Virus record (IMG/VR): IMGVR_UViG_3300045988_151696
Span: 1-32,402 of that record
DNA length: 32,402 nt
DNA from: a virus
Strand: one strand, 5' to 3'
Shown here piece by piece: positions 17,603-26,387 of the stretch (position 1 is its first letter; each line of letters starts with the position of its first letter). The translations under genes were made by a program, and so were the position numbers. The notes under the pieces were generated by a model. That model had not been told where the DNA came from and searched no databases. It worked only from the letters and a program-made list of their open reading frames with translations.

Positions 17603-18025
17603 ATGACAACTAAGATCTATCTGACAGAAGTTTTCGATGAACTTGAAAACCCGTTTGACCTTAAAAGAGGCTGCACCTCGTTCGATGATAGCGACCTTCC
17701 TGTGCTGCAAGAGTTCGAAACATGGGAACAAGGGCTGGACGTTCTCAAGTCCAAAAATTCTTCCGTTCGCAAAAACAGCGGCGCTGCGGGAACATTCTTC
17801 TCTGTCCACGAATATTGGCTCGTCAAAGAAGAGTTTGAGACAGACGAAGACGGCGACGCAGTCGGTTCAATCGACATGAATGCGGAAGCCTGTCCTTTCG
17901 CGAAGTTCGACGTTGACAACGACGATATGCAGACGCTTGCAACTTTCGATTCTTACGCGGAGGCAGACGCATACATCAAGGAGCACGAAGAATTTGACAA
18001 CGGCGAACATGTCGTTATCGCATAA
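17603..18025 (+). CDS. Highly acidic 140-aa protein (about 34 D+E against 10 K+R), a DNA-mimic / anti-restriction-like candidate.
   Basis: A strong RBS and the consensus promoter are present. The composition was counted by eye. The gene lies on the opposite strand to all core genes and is flanked by terminators. Confidence 0.65.
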   Translation: MTTKIYLTEVFDELENPFDLKRGCTSFDDSDLPVLQEFETWEQGLDVLKSKNSSVRKNSGAAGTFFSVHEYWLVKEEFETDEDGDAVGSIDMNAEACPFAKFDVDNDDMQTLATFDSYAEADAYIKEHEEFDNGEHVVIA

Positions 18026-18036
18026 AGGTGATGAAT

Positions 18037-18561
18037 ATGGCATTTAACCAAAAAGAATATATCAACGCCTACAAGCGCGAACGTTACTCAAACATCTCCA
18101 TTCGCATAGATAAAAACAAAGCCGCAGAATTTCGGACGCTCTGCGCGGAACGAAACGACCGAATCAAGGATATCATAGAAGAGGCAATAGACCGCTACAT
18201 CACCAAATCAAATAAGGAGAAGATAAAAACTATGAAAAAAGATATTTTTGAAAAAAACGTAAAACAGATCACCGAATACATATCCTTGAAAGGCAAGATA
18301 ATTCCGCGCATTGAGAAAGGACGCGACGAAAAACATACTTTCCTGTTCGGCGTGTACGGTCCCGAGGGTGTGGGACTTATCTCTCCCTGTAACTCTATCG
18401 AAGAAGCCGTTCTTGAAATTGAAAAATGCAAAAAAGAAGACGACGCAAACAATTACGAATACAGTCAATTCGACTATCTTGCACGGTGTAGCGTCTTAAC
18501 CGCTGACGATGATAAACGTGAAATCGTATTCGACGGAACCGGATATATTGACTTGATTTAA
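18037..18561 (+). CDS. Ribbon-helix-helix (CopG/Arc-like) N-terminal domain protein with a C-terminal domain of unknown function, about 174 aa.
   Basis: The segment ISIRIDKNKAAEFRTLCAERNDRIKDIIEEAIDRYI fits a beta-strand followed by two helices, the RHH pattern. RBS AAAGGTGA precedes ATG 18037. The track start at 18028 is GTG. Confidence 0.6.
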   Translation: MAFNQKEYINAYKRERYSNISIRIDKNKAAEFRTLCAERNDRIKDIIEEAIDRYITKSNKEKIKTMKKDIFEKNVKQITEYISLKGKIIPRIEKGRDEKHTFLFGVYGPEGVGLISPCNSIEEAVLEIEKCKKEDDANNYEYSQFDYLARCSVLTADDDKREIVFDGTGYIDLI

Positions 18562-18576
18562 TTTCAACCAGATAAC

Positions 18577-18613
18577 AAAGAAAGAGCAGAACTGAACGTT
18601 CTGCTCTTTCTTT
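18577..18613. terminator. Strong bidirectional intrinsic terminator: a 16-bp perfect stem aaagaaagagcagaac / gttctgctctttcttt with loop tgaac, followed by a T-run.
   Basis: Read directly. It separates the plus-strand cassette from the convergent early operon end at 18614. Confidence 0.7.
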
Positions 18614-18826
18614 TTATTCTTGCCCTGACAAGATGAAATCAGTTCTTACGCCGAAGATCTGCGCTGTTCGCAAAACAAACTTGACAGATGGCGATTGCTT
18701 CATCAGGAGTATTCTCGTCACCGTCGCCCTCGGCATTCGCACCCGCCGCGCAAGTTCCGCCGTCGTCATTCTGTGCTCGCGCATAAGCAGGCGCACGCGG
18801 TCGGTAAGCCCGTATACAAGATACAT
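18614..18826 (-). CDS. XRE-family HTH transcriptional regulator, 70 aa.
   Basis: The segment MTTAELARRVRMPRATVTRIL is a helix-turn-helix. It is the last gene of the early operon, adjacent to the late region. Confidence 0.55.
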   Translation of the reverse strand: MYLVYGLTDRVRLLMREHRMTTAELARRVRMPRATVTRILLMKQSPSVKFVLRTAQIFGVRTDFILSGQE

Positions 18827-19176
18827 CAGACCGTCTCCGACTTCTTCTGCTTGTCCGTGCGGTCTACGGTCATATAATTCGCGCGGCCTTTAACTGTCAG
18901 CACGGTTCCGTCCACCGTCAAAGATACTTTATCCGCGTCCTCATAGCCTATAAGGCTGCACGCTTTCGCAAGCAGGTCAAAAACTTCGGACGGCAAATCC
19001 TGGCACATCCCGTTCAGCGTTAATACCGCTCGCGCTATTTTGTCTTTTCGCAGATACTCTGCCACCGAGGGTTCACAGTCGCAGCGTCCGCCCTCGATAT
19101 GTAACTGTCCGCAGAACGGGCAAGTCTCAATTCCGTCCTCAACCTCGATTTTCTTATCATTCGTTGCTTCGCTCAT
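18826..19176 (-). CDS. Hypothetical protein with a CxxC...CxC zinc-ribbon motif.
   Basis: The motif is CPFCG...CDC. A good ATG start is present. Confidence 0.45.
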   Translation of the reverse strand: MSEATNDKKIEVEDGIETCPFCGQLHIEGGRCDCEPSVAEYLRKDKIARAVLTLNGMCQDLPSEVFDLLAKACSLIGYEDADKVSLTVDGTVLTVKGRANYMTVDRTDKQKKSETV

Positions 19177-19190
19177 TGCTTTATCTCCTT

Positions 19191-19556
19191 TCAGTCTCGG
19201 ATTATGCCGAGATATTTTTCGATTTCATACTTTGCCGTCTCAAAACCGTAGCAGACCGCGCACTTATAGCCGGCAAGCATAAGACGCTCTATCCATTCGT
19301 CTTGCGATGCAGACGTCTTATTCTTTCCGACCTTCATTTCGATAAACAGCCCGTGAAAGCCGCCACGCGCCACGGCAAGCATTATGTCGGGCACGCCCGC
19401 TTTCACCCCTGCCGCTTTCAGCCGCGCCGCTTCGGTCTTGTTTCGCAGTCCGCCGTTCGGTACGGCGAACAGATTTTTCAGTTCCGGATGCGCCGCCGCT
19501 TCATAAAACGCCCATGTAAACAAGTGCGTCTGCTCGATTTCCTCATTTCTTCTCAC
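19191..19556 (-). CDS. VRR-NUC domain nuclease (PD-(D/E)XK superfamily).
   Basis: VPDIML...GLFIEMKVGKNKTSASQDEW matches the VRR-NUC signature D...E-x-K...Q. The start codon is GTG. Confidence 0.6.
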   Translation of the reverse strand: MRRNEEIEQTHLFTWAFYEAAAHPELKNLFAVPNGGLRNKTEAARLKAAGVKAGVPDIMLAVARGGFHGLFIEMKVGKNKTSASQDEWIERLMLAGYKCAVCYGFETAKYEIEKYLGIIRD

Positions 19557-19571
19557 TTCATCACCTCATTT

Positions 19572-20486
19572 CTAACTCGCCCACACGTCGGCAGACCACG
19601 CGGGGATATGACTTTCGTCGTCTGTTTTGTACATCACAACCGAGAGATACCAATTCGCATTGTACTCATTCCACCTCGGAAACGCCCTCACAAACTTATA
19701 TCCTTTGTATCGCTTCTCCCAGAACTCCGCATCGTCAACACGGTCGGCACACCATTTCTCAAGCTGACGCTTTGTCACGCCGCCGTCTTTGATTTTCACT
19801 TTCGGTTCTTCAAGATTTCGCGAATAGATAATTCTCTTCTTGCCCGCGCATTGCTTCGAGATATATCGCGCCGCCGCTTCGGGACCGAACGTGTCCGGGC
19901 GGAATCTGTCGCAGTTCACGCGCTCTCCCTTGTTCCACAGGGTTTCCATCGCCGAGCGCGAAAGCCCGCCCGTGATAAACAGGTGATAGTGATAGTTCGT
20001 CTGTCCTTTTTTCTCGCCCGTTTTGTATGTAACCTCTTCTATGGCTATCGCATACTTCAACGGCTCCGCCAGCTTTTCCGCCGTTCGTACAAGGCGCGAT
20101 AAAGTCTGCTCAATATACTTATTCGGTGCGACACGGCAAAGCGCCTCCGTGTCTTCGATGTTCCGTTCCACCTCGCGCAGTTTTCTTTTTCGTGCGTCTC
20201 GAACCCTGCGCACATAGTTTCGAATGTTCTTTTGCGCTTCGTCCCAATCTTTCGGCGCCTGCGCCTGCGCATACGTCGGGTGCATCAAGTAGTCCCCGTC
20301 GTCGAAGTTTGCATTGACAAGCCTTATAAGTTTTTTTATAGCCTGTTGTCGGTTATACTTTGCCTGCGCCGCCGAACTCTGCTTTTCTTTCGGCGCACGC
20401 GTCGGCATCGCCCGTCCCGAGCGAAAAACGGGAAAGAAATCCGCTTCGAGCAATCTGCCGCTTACGGTTCTTTTCTCTCTCTGCAT
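19572..20486 (-). CDS. HUH-superfamily rolling-circle replication initiator-like protein.
   Basis: NYHYHLFITGG is a HUH motif II. About 40 aa later, AARYISKQ gives a YxxK motif III with a catalytic Tyr candidate. RBS is AAGAAAGG. The gene lies next to VRR-NUC and near SSB. Confidence 0.5.
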   Translation of the reverse strand: MQREKRTVSGRLLEADFFPVFRSGRAMPTRAPKEKQSSAAQAKYNRQQAIKKLIRLVNANFDDGDYLMHPTYAQAQAPKDWDEAQKNIRNYVRRVRDARKRKLREVERNIEDTEALCRVAPNKYIEQTLSRLVRTAEKLAEPLKYAIAIEEVTYKTGEKKGQTNYHYHLFITGGLSRSAMETLWNKGERVNCDRFRPDTFGPEAAARYISKQCAGKKRIIYSRNLEEPKVKIKDGGVTKRQLEKWCADRVDDAEFWEKRYKGYKFVRAFPRWNEYNANWYLSVVMYKTDDESHIPAWSADVWAS

Positions 20487-20520
20487 TTTCTTTCCCGCCT
20501 TTCTTTTTGATTTTATTTCC

Positions 20521-20931
20521 TTACGCGCCGAACACGGCGAACTTATTCACGGTGTCGCTCACCGTCTCCATCACGCTGTTGTACAAAGCCGTCTGCAAAT
20601 ACATTCGCCTGTGTCTGATAAGCGTCTCCGTTTTCTCAAACGTGCGTATGACCTGCAACACGTTCTCATGCTCGATCTCGCCGTAAACTTCTTTCACCGT
20701 CTGCGTCGGCACCTGCCGCCCCTCTATCCTGACAAAGCCCTCATCGGGACGCACAAGCACGTCCGCGATTATTCGCGCAAGTTCAACGGCGAACGGCCTG
20801 TCATCTTCATCGAAGCATTCAAGCTGAATATTTTCCGTTACCCTGTTCAGTATCGCCCGAAAGGACGGGACAGGATGGGACGGAGCAGTGCAGCGCGTTT
20901 TTTCATCTTCCGTTTTTTCAAAACTCTGCAT
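20521..20931 (-). CDS. Hypothetical early protein, 136 aa.
   Basis: ATG at 20931 has RBS GGAGGTGA. The track start at 20943 is GTG. Confidence 0.45.
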   Translation of the reverse strand: MQSFEKTEDEKTRCTAPSHPVPSFRAILNRVTENIQLECFDEDDRPFAVELARIIADVLVRPDEGFVRIEGRQVPTQTVKEVYGEIEHENVLQVIRTFEKTETLIRHRRMYLQTALYNSVMETVSDTVNKFAVFGA

Positions 20932-21058
20932 TCTCAAAATCACCTCCGCATATCGTCCATTTAATACGATTGATTACAAGGTCGGAATAGAGCCGCCCCG
21001 CAGCTCCGTTTCCGCCCCGTATTCAGCTGTCAAAGTGCATTATATATAATATGTAGAC

Positions 21059-21250
21059 TTATCGTTCCACACAGAAGAGAATAGCGTTCTCCTTATCACA
21101 ATCATAAGGCGCCATCTCGACCGTGGTATACACATCTTCCGCATTAGCACCAATCTCAACAAGCCTCGATGTCTTGACTTCGAAATTAAGTTTCGCTTCC
21201 TGACCTGCTTCCATGCCCGACAGCATATTCATAAGTTCATATACTTTCAT
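21059..21250 (-). CDS. Hypothetical 63-aa protein.
   Basis: ORF with an ATG start lying between SSB and the putative ori region. Confidence 0.35.
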   Translation of the reverse strand: MKVYELMNMLSGMEAGQEAKLNFEVKTSRLVEIGANAEDVYTTVEMAPYDCDKENAILFCVER

Positions 21251-21264
21251 ATTATATATACCTC

Positions 21265-21705
21265 CTAAAACGGAAGATCGGAATCATCAGCCGCCGCAAG
21301 GTCGGAAAGATATTCGTCCCCGTCTTTCTTCTCCTCTGCCGCCGCTCCTCCCGCTTCCGCAGACGCCGCCGCTTCGGGCTTGTCCCGCTTCGATTCGCCG
21401 AACTGTATTTCCTCGATAAAGACATCTGTCGTTTTGACCTTTTTATCCCCTATCGTCCGCGTCGCTGTCCGCAGCGTGCCGAATATGATTATTGCCGCGC
21501 CTTTCCGGAAATGCTTCCCGAGAAATTCCGCGCGCTCTCCGAACGCCACGCAGTCAATAAAGTCCGCCGCGCTCTCCGTCGCGTCTTTCGCCTTCGGGCG
21601 GTTCACGGCAACTGAGACACGGCTGTATGCTTTTCCGTTACCGCTCTGCCGCACTTCCGGGTCATACGTCAAACGTCCCATAACAACAACTTTGTTGACG
21701 TTCAT
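21265..21705 (-). CDS. ssb: Single-stranded DNA-binding protein.
   Basis: An OB-fold N-terminus (MNVNKVVVMGRLTYDPEVR...) is followed by a Gly/Ala/Glu-rich linker and an acidic C-terminal tail ending DDSDLPF. ATG at 21705 has RBS GAAAGGAGG. Confidence 0.85.
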   Translation of the reverse strand: MNVNKVVVMGRLTYDPEVRQSGNGKAYSRVSVAVNRPKAKDATESAADFIDCVAFGERAEFLGKHFRKGAAIIIFGTLRTATRTIGDKKVKTTDVFIEEIQFGESKRDKPEAAASAEAGGAAAEEKKDGDEYLSDLAAADDSDLPF

Positions 21706-21989
21706 ATCTTTCCTCCTTTCAGATCTATAAACACTTCGCAATCCCCGAACTTGACGGCTTCATACTTCGACAAACGTCCGCGCAGAAACTCCGTCCTCTC
21801 TTTTTCCCTCTTCAAAAGCGTGTTCGCTTTTATCTCGCCGAGCGTCGCCGCTATTCCAAGTTCGCAAAACTCTTCCGCTTTCTTCTCCGCTATCTCCGCT
21901 TTCGCTTCCGCCCGCGCAAGCCTTTCTTTCAGCAGCCTGTTTTTCTCCGTCAGTTCCGCGTTGCGTCTTCTTAACTTGTTATACATCAT
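21702..21989 (-). CDS. Coiled-coil hypothetical protein, 95 aa.
   Basis: It is rich in K/E/A/R heptads. The stop is overlapped by the ssb ATG (ATGA). Confidence 0.4.
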   Translation of the reverse strand: MMYNKLRRRNAELTEKNRLLKERLARAEAKAEIAEKKAEEFCELGIAATLGEIKANTLLKREKERTEFLRGRLSKYEAVKFGDCEVFIDLKGGKI

Positions 21990-22029
21990 TTGTCATTCCA
22001 CCTTTCCATAATTTTTTTTCTACTTTCTT

Positions 22030-22479
22030 TCAAGACAAAAATCGATTCTTCCCTTTCTTGATATAAAGTTTGAAAACCGCTATACTTTTTCTCATCGACA
22101 AGTCGGTTTCTCCGTCGCCGAAAGCACGGAAATAAGCCGCAGAGGCTTCGGGGTTTTCAAACTCGTACAACTTTTCATAGTCATTGCAAAGGTCAGAACC
22201 GCAAATCCAATTGTCTGCGCCGCAACGATACATTCCGCGTTCTTCGGGGTTTACTTCCTCTTCGTATGTCCTTTTGGGAAAAATGGAATAATAAGTATCT
22301 CTAAAATTTTTCTGTGTCATCGCAAACCCATTTTCAGCCACGAACTTAACCCGCATGGGCTTTATCCAATCGTTGACCTTTACCAAGTCCCCGACCTCGA
22401 TTGAATCGAGTACCGATTTGTTTATTTCGTTTGCCGAATAGCAAACATATCCTTGCTTTTTACATTTCATTTTTTTCAC
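22030..22479 (-). CDS. Hypothetical protein, 149 aa.
   Basis: ORF with an ATG start in the early operon. Confidence 0.45.
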   Translation of the reverse strand: MKKMKCKKQGYVCYSANEINKSVLDSIEVGDLVKVNDWIKPMRVKFVAENGFAMTQKNFRDTYYSIFPKRTYEEEVNPEERGMYRCGADNWICGSDLCNDYEKLYEFENPEASAAYFRAFGDGETDLSMRKSIAVFKLYIKKGKNRFLS

Positions 22480-22870
22480 GCTCCTTCAACGCCTGTTTCG
22501 CTTCCTCGCGTGAGAAAAATACGGTTTTGCCGATTTCGTTAGAATTTATTTCGTGTACATATCTCCAAACAATTCCCTCTTTGATTTTCCACTCAACAAA
22601 AGTTGAGAACAACTCTACACGAATTGCTGTTACTCTGTATTCGCTGATAGTGCCTCTATCCGTCGGTTCATAAAGTATATCTCCCACCTTGCATGGCGGT
22701 TTCACCAATAAAGAACGGTCTTGAAAGTTTTCGCAAGTATCCTCTACATTATTTGTTTCAGCAATAATTCTCTTTTCCCCGTCGCTATCCTTTGTTTTCA
22801 AACGACCGGCATAGTAGCACACGTTATGATGAATGCAATCTTGACAAGTCATTTTCTCTTCTCCTTTCAA
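22460..22870 (-). CDS. Hypothetical Cys-rich protein, 136 aa.
   Basis: ORF with an ATG start. A CQDCIHHNVC motif is present. Confidence 0.45.
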   Translation of the reverse strand: MKGEEKMTCQDCIHHNVCYYAGRLKTKDSDGEKRIIAETNNVEDTCENFQDRSLLVKPPCKVGDILYEPTDRGTISEYRVTAIRVELFSTFVEWKIKEGIVWRYVHEINSNEIGKTVFFSREEAKQALKEREKNEM

Positions 22871-23363
22871 CGTAACAGAAACATTGCGGAGGTCTTGTTA
22901 TTTCACAGTCCCAACAACCGTCACAATCATTTTTCTGGGTGCCGCGGTGACATACAACATTCGCTTTCCAAAACTCACTCAACTGCTTCGGCTTGTCGTA
23001 GATTATAAGGGCAGAGACGTGCCAACCACGCAGACGTTTGCCGTTCGCATATTTCATAAGGTCAGAAGTTGAAACGCAAGAATCTTCACAATCGTAGGAC
23101 ATATTATGATATATATAATCGCAAACAAACTCTCCGATAACTTTGCCGTTGCAGTTCGTGTCAAAAAGGTTATGACTATGGTCGTCAGAATAACAATATC
23201 TTTTTGATTTCCAAAATGTTAACCTACGGTCTTTCGTGCAATAAATATAAACCTTAAACGGCACATCACACTTTGGAATTGTTTTTCGTGCCTCTATCTT
23301 TTTCTTTCCGCTTGCTATAAGTTCGCACCACTTCGGGCGCACGGATAACATTATCTCATTCAT
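22824..23363 (-). CDS. ASCH-domain (PUA-like) protein.
   Basis: The N-terminus MLSVRPKWCELIASGKKKIEARK matches the ASCH consensus (SIKP.wA..I..G.K..E.R). Confidence 0.55.
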   Translation of the reverse strand: MNEIMLSVRPKWCELIASGKKKIEARKTIPKCDVPFKVYIYCTKDRRLTFWKSKRYCYSDDHSHNLFDTNCNGKVIGEFVCDYIYHNMSYDCEDSCVSTSDLMKYANGKRLRGWHVSALIIYDKPKQLSEFWKANVVCHRGTQKNDCDGCWDCEITRPPQCFCYVERRRENDLSRLHSS

Positions 23364-23372
23364 CTTCTGCTT

Positions 23373-24359
23373 TCACGCTCCGATCTGCTTCGCAACCGCC
23401 GAAAGTGCAGCGGAAAACTTGCCCGCCAATTCGGGATTCTTTTCTCTGACCTTACCTATTGTTTCTTTTATTTTCGCCGCAGTCTCTTGCAGGTTTTCAA
23501 AAAGCGCCTTGAAGCGCATCGCGTCAGCGTCGTTCAGTTCCGCTTTCTTTCTCAACGCTTCCGCTTCGTTTCGCGCTTCCGTAACCTTTCTTTCCGCCTC
23601 CGCTTTTGCGGCTTTCAAAGTCTCGATCTCCTGTTTTCTTTTCTCTTCCGCTGCCGCCGCATTCTTCCGCACTTCCGCTTCCGCTTCGCTGCGTAGTCTG
23701 TCAAGCATTTCTTTCGGTATCTTCGGATTCTTTTTCAGTTCCTTTATCTTCGCTTCAAGGTCTGCCGTCGCCTTTACGTTCGCGTCGGCTTTTGCTGCCG
23801 CTTCGGCTATTTCATCATTCTTCTTCTGCAAAAGTTCTTCAAGCTCCGCAACGCGTTCTTCCGCGTCCGATACCTTTGCTTCCGCCGCAGCCGCTTCAAG
23901 GGCTTCTTTTTCCGCTTCTTCGGCGCGTTTCAAAGCCTCGTCACGCTCCTTGATAACCCTGTCAAGTTCCCTCACGGAAATATTTTCAACGTCGTGTTCT
24001 TCCGCGAACTCTTCGCGCTCCTCTTCGGGCACCGCAAGCAGCCGCAAAGCCTTGGTATAACTCAAATTCCCAAACGTTTGGGAATTTGAAACAGCCGCGC
24101 CGAACAGCGTAAACTGCTTGTCGCCGTACTCCTCAAAAAGTTTCATAAAGTTGTTTGCCGAACTCTGCGAAAATTCAACCTTTTCGCGGAGCCACGTTCC
24201 CCACTCGCCGTGGGGTAAAAGGTCTTTTGCCTCTGCAAGGCGCCGCCCTATCTCGACCGCATACCCGAGCATTACGGACTGAGCCGAGGACACAAGACTT
24301 TTTATCTCGTCTGTCACAACCTCGATGCTGCGCCCGCTCTTTTCAATAATGTTATCCAT
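23373..24359 (-). CDS. DUF3102-like N-terminal domain protein with a long Ala/Glu/Lys coiled coil.
   Basis: The motif MLGYAVEIGRRLAEAKDLLPHGEWGTWLREKVEFSQSSANNFMKL is followed by a coiled-coil region of about 200 aa. Confidence 0.5.
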   Translation of the reverse strand: MDNIIEKSGRSIEVVTDEIKSLVSSAQSVMLGYAVEIGRRLAEAKDLLPHGEWGTWLREKVEFSQSSANNFMKLFEEYGDKQFTLFGAAVSNSQTFGNLSYTKALRLLAVPEEEREEFAEEHDVENISVRELDRVIKERDEALKRAEEAEKEALEAAAAEAKVSDAEERVAELEELLQKKNDEIAEAAAKADANVKATADLEAKIKELKKNPKIPKEMLDRLRSEAEAEVRKNAAAAEEKRKQEIETLKAAKAEAERKVTEARNEAEALRKKAELNDADAMRFKALFENLQETAAKIKETIGKVREKNPELAGKFSAALSAVAKQIGA

Positions 24360-26037
24360 TTGCTGCCACCTTCCGCTTTCTTATTTTCTTTATGTTCTGT
24401 TTTGCAAATTCAAGCCATTGTTCTTCAAACGCTCTCACTTCCGGAGTTCTTGTGCAGTTCCCTTTACCTCGGTTTTGCTTCACGGTGCAGTTTTTTTCGT
24501 CAAGTTCGAGCGTGTAAAACGGCTTGTCCGGCTCAGATACTTTGCGGACAAAGAATATATCCGTCTCACCGCTTGCGACACTCTCCGCATAAGTCGCCAC
24601 GCAATGATGAAGGCATTTTCCCTCATTTTTCAGTTCGTCAAGCGAAGCAGCGGGGCGTATCATCAAAACGCCGTTGCTGCTTACAAGTGTTGAAAGAATT
24701 TTCGCACGTTCCGAAATGCGTTTACTTCTTTCCGCATCTTTTTCACGCTCTTTTTCTTTTTCCCGCCTTCTGTCTTCCTTAACAAGTCGGTCATGTTCTT
24801 TTTTCAGATCCTTCGGGAAAAAGGTGTCCTTATCTACGGAGATATTCAGTTTGTCGCACAGTTTATAGTAGTCCCGAAGCATTCCCGCATAACTTCCGAG
24901 TGTTTCTTTGCTCTTTTCCTTGCTTTGCAGTTTTCGGAGATAATTTACTACGGTTTTTACGTTTGTGCCGTATTTGCTTATTTCGATAAGTTCACGGTCG
25001 AAAAAGCCGAGCTGTTCCGCGTCATCAAACGTCAGCCCGAACGGTTTTAATTTTTGATAGCGCAGTAAGTCGGGCGAATCGTACTCACGTTTAATGACTT
25101 CCGCATATTCGGGTCTTGACAAGCCGAGCATCTTGTGCGGCTTTGTTTGTTTGAAGTCAATGCCTGTAACGCGCGACGAATATCTGAAATCCGTGTTATT
25201 GTACGAATAAGATGCGGGAGAAGCATTTCTCTCGAAAAATGACGACATAAGGATTGACGCGCCTGTATCTATAAGCCCCTCCACAGTCTTATGCCTCTGC
25301 CAAAGTTTCATATATGTGACGGGGAACGCATCGTCTTTCGCGTTGTTCAAATATTTATTCAGCCGGCAATTCTCAAAAGGCGTTCCGTTCAGTATTTTTT
25401 TGTCCGGAACAACAGCCGAAGAAAAGCCTTTGCCGATGCAGTCCTCGCTCCTTGACCGCTTTTCCCAATATCCCAACGGTATTACACGGGAATAATACAT
25501 ACCTCTTTTTTTATAACCGACAAGGCGCGTGCATTTCTTTTTCTCGAAGACATAAGCTTCATAGGGGGTATATTCATTGAACGCTATACCGTCTTTATTT
25601 ACAGATCTGCTGCACAGCCAAAAAATAAGGGCAAGACAGTTCTTAACGATTCGGAGCGTCAGTATTTTTTCATTGTTGATATAATAATTCGGGTAAGCTC
25701 CAAAATCCGAAACGTGAATAAAATCAACTTTCTTACCGCATTCCGGACATATTGCCGCACTTCCCGAATATATCGCCTCACTGCCAACCAAACAGCCGAA
25801 ATTACTGCGCGAATACCTATGGCAGCCGTCTGTCTCAACGCGGTCAAGCAAAAATGTTTCCCCGCAGGCAGAACAGGTGCATTTGCACATCTTTTCACCG
25901 ATGCCCGACAGCGGATTTATGTACACTCCTGCGCGGTACACAACCGCATCGGCGGTCAGAAACTCCTTTGCGATTATTTTTTTCTCTTTTTCTGTCGGTT
26001 CTGACGGCAGAAGTTTTTCGAAATTCAACTCTTCCAC
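24352..26037 (-). CDS. PcfJ-like protein.
   Basis: The C-terminal segment LMIRPAASLDELKNEGKCLHHCVATY...DIFFVR....PFYTLE....V.QNRGKGN matches the conserved PcfJ domain. An N-terminal Cys cluster is present. The start codon is GTG with RBS AAGAGG. Confidence 0.6.
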   Translation of the reverse strand: MEELNFEKLLPSEPTEKEKKIIAKEFLTADAVVYRAGVYINPLSGIGEKMCKCTCSACGETFLLDRVETDGCHRYSRSNFGCLVGSEAIYSGSAAICPECGKKVDFIHVSDFGAYPNYYINNEKILTLRIVKNCLALIFWLCSRSVNKDGIAFNEYTPYEAYVFEKKKCTRLVGYKKRGMYYSRVIPLGYWEKRSRSEDCIGKGFSSAVVPDKKILNGTPFENCRLNKYLNNAKDDAFPVTYMKLWQRHKTVEGLIDTGASILMSSFFERNASPASYSYNNTDFRYSSRVTGIDFKQTKPHKMLGLSRPEYAEVIKREYDSPDLLRYQKLKPFGLTFDDAEQLGFFDRELIEISKYGTNVKTVVNYLRKLQSKEKSKETLGSYAGMLRDYYKLCDKLNISVDKDTFFPKDLKKEHDRLVKEDRRREKEKEREKDAERSKRISERAKILSTLVSSNGVLMIRPAASLDELKNEGKCLHHCVATYAESVASGETDIFFVRKVSEPDKPFYTLELDEKNCTVKQNRGKGNCTRTPEVRAFEEQWLEFAKQNIKKIRKRKVAANG

Positions 26038-26049
26038 GCCCGATACCTC

Positions 26050-26373
26050 TTATATGAAATCGTCGAGATTTACAAACCCGCCGTCATGCTTTTCCTCTTG
26101 CTTCGGCAGTCCGTAAAACTCCCTCAATATTCTGTCCGCTTCCTGCGGCGGGCAGAACCCGACAGAGCCGTGACGATTCTTGTCCGCAAACGCTTTGATT
26201 TTCTTTTCCGCTTCCGATATGGACATCTGCTCAATATCAAGATCTCGGGATATAATATCCTCGATGTGCGGCTCGTTCGCTATCATGTCTTTCAGCTGCT
26301 CCCCGACGCACCACGCCGGAGAGTTCTTTGCAGCCTTTTCCTGCTGCGCTTCGATTTTTTCTTTTGCTGTCAT
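26050..26373 (-). CDS. PcfK-like small protein candidate.
   Basis: It is about 107 aa and lies immediately upstream of pcfJ, the usual pcfK-pcfJ pairing. ATG at 26373 has RBS AAGGTGG. Confidence 0.4.
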   Translation of the reverse strand: MTAKEKIEAQQEKAAKNSPAWCVGEQLKDMIANEPHIEDIISRDLDIEQMSISEAEKKIKAFADKNRHGSVGFCPPQEADRILREFYGLPKQEEKHDGGFVNLDDFI

Positions 26374-26387
26374 TTTTATTACCACCT

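Noticed and set aside
19164-20102. 312-aa plus-strand ORF
   Set aside because: It is antisense to the VRR-NUC and Rep genes. It is Arg/Leu-rich, as expected for the reverse frame of GC-rich coding DNA.
20314-20964. 216-aa plus-strand ORF, with a nested 108-aa ORF
   Set aside because: It is antisense to the Rep end and gene 20521..20931.
23419-24060. 213-aa low-complexity Ser/Ala/Phe-rich ORF on the plus strand
   Set aside because: It is the reverse frame of the Ala/Glu/Lys coiled-coil gene 23373..24359.
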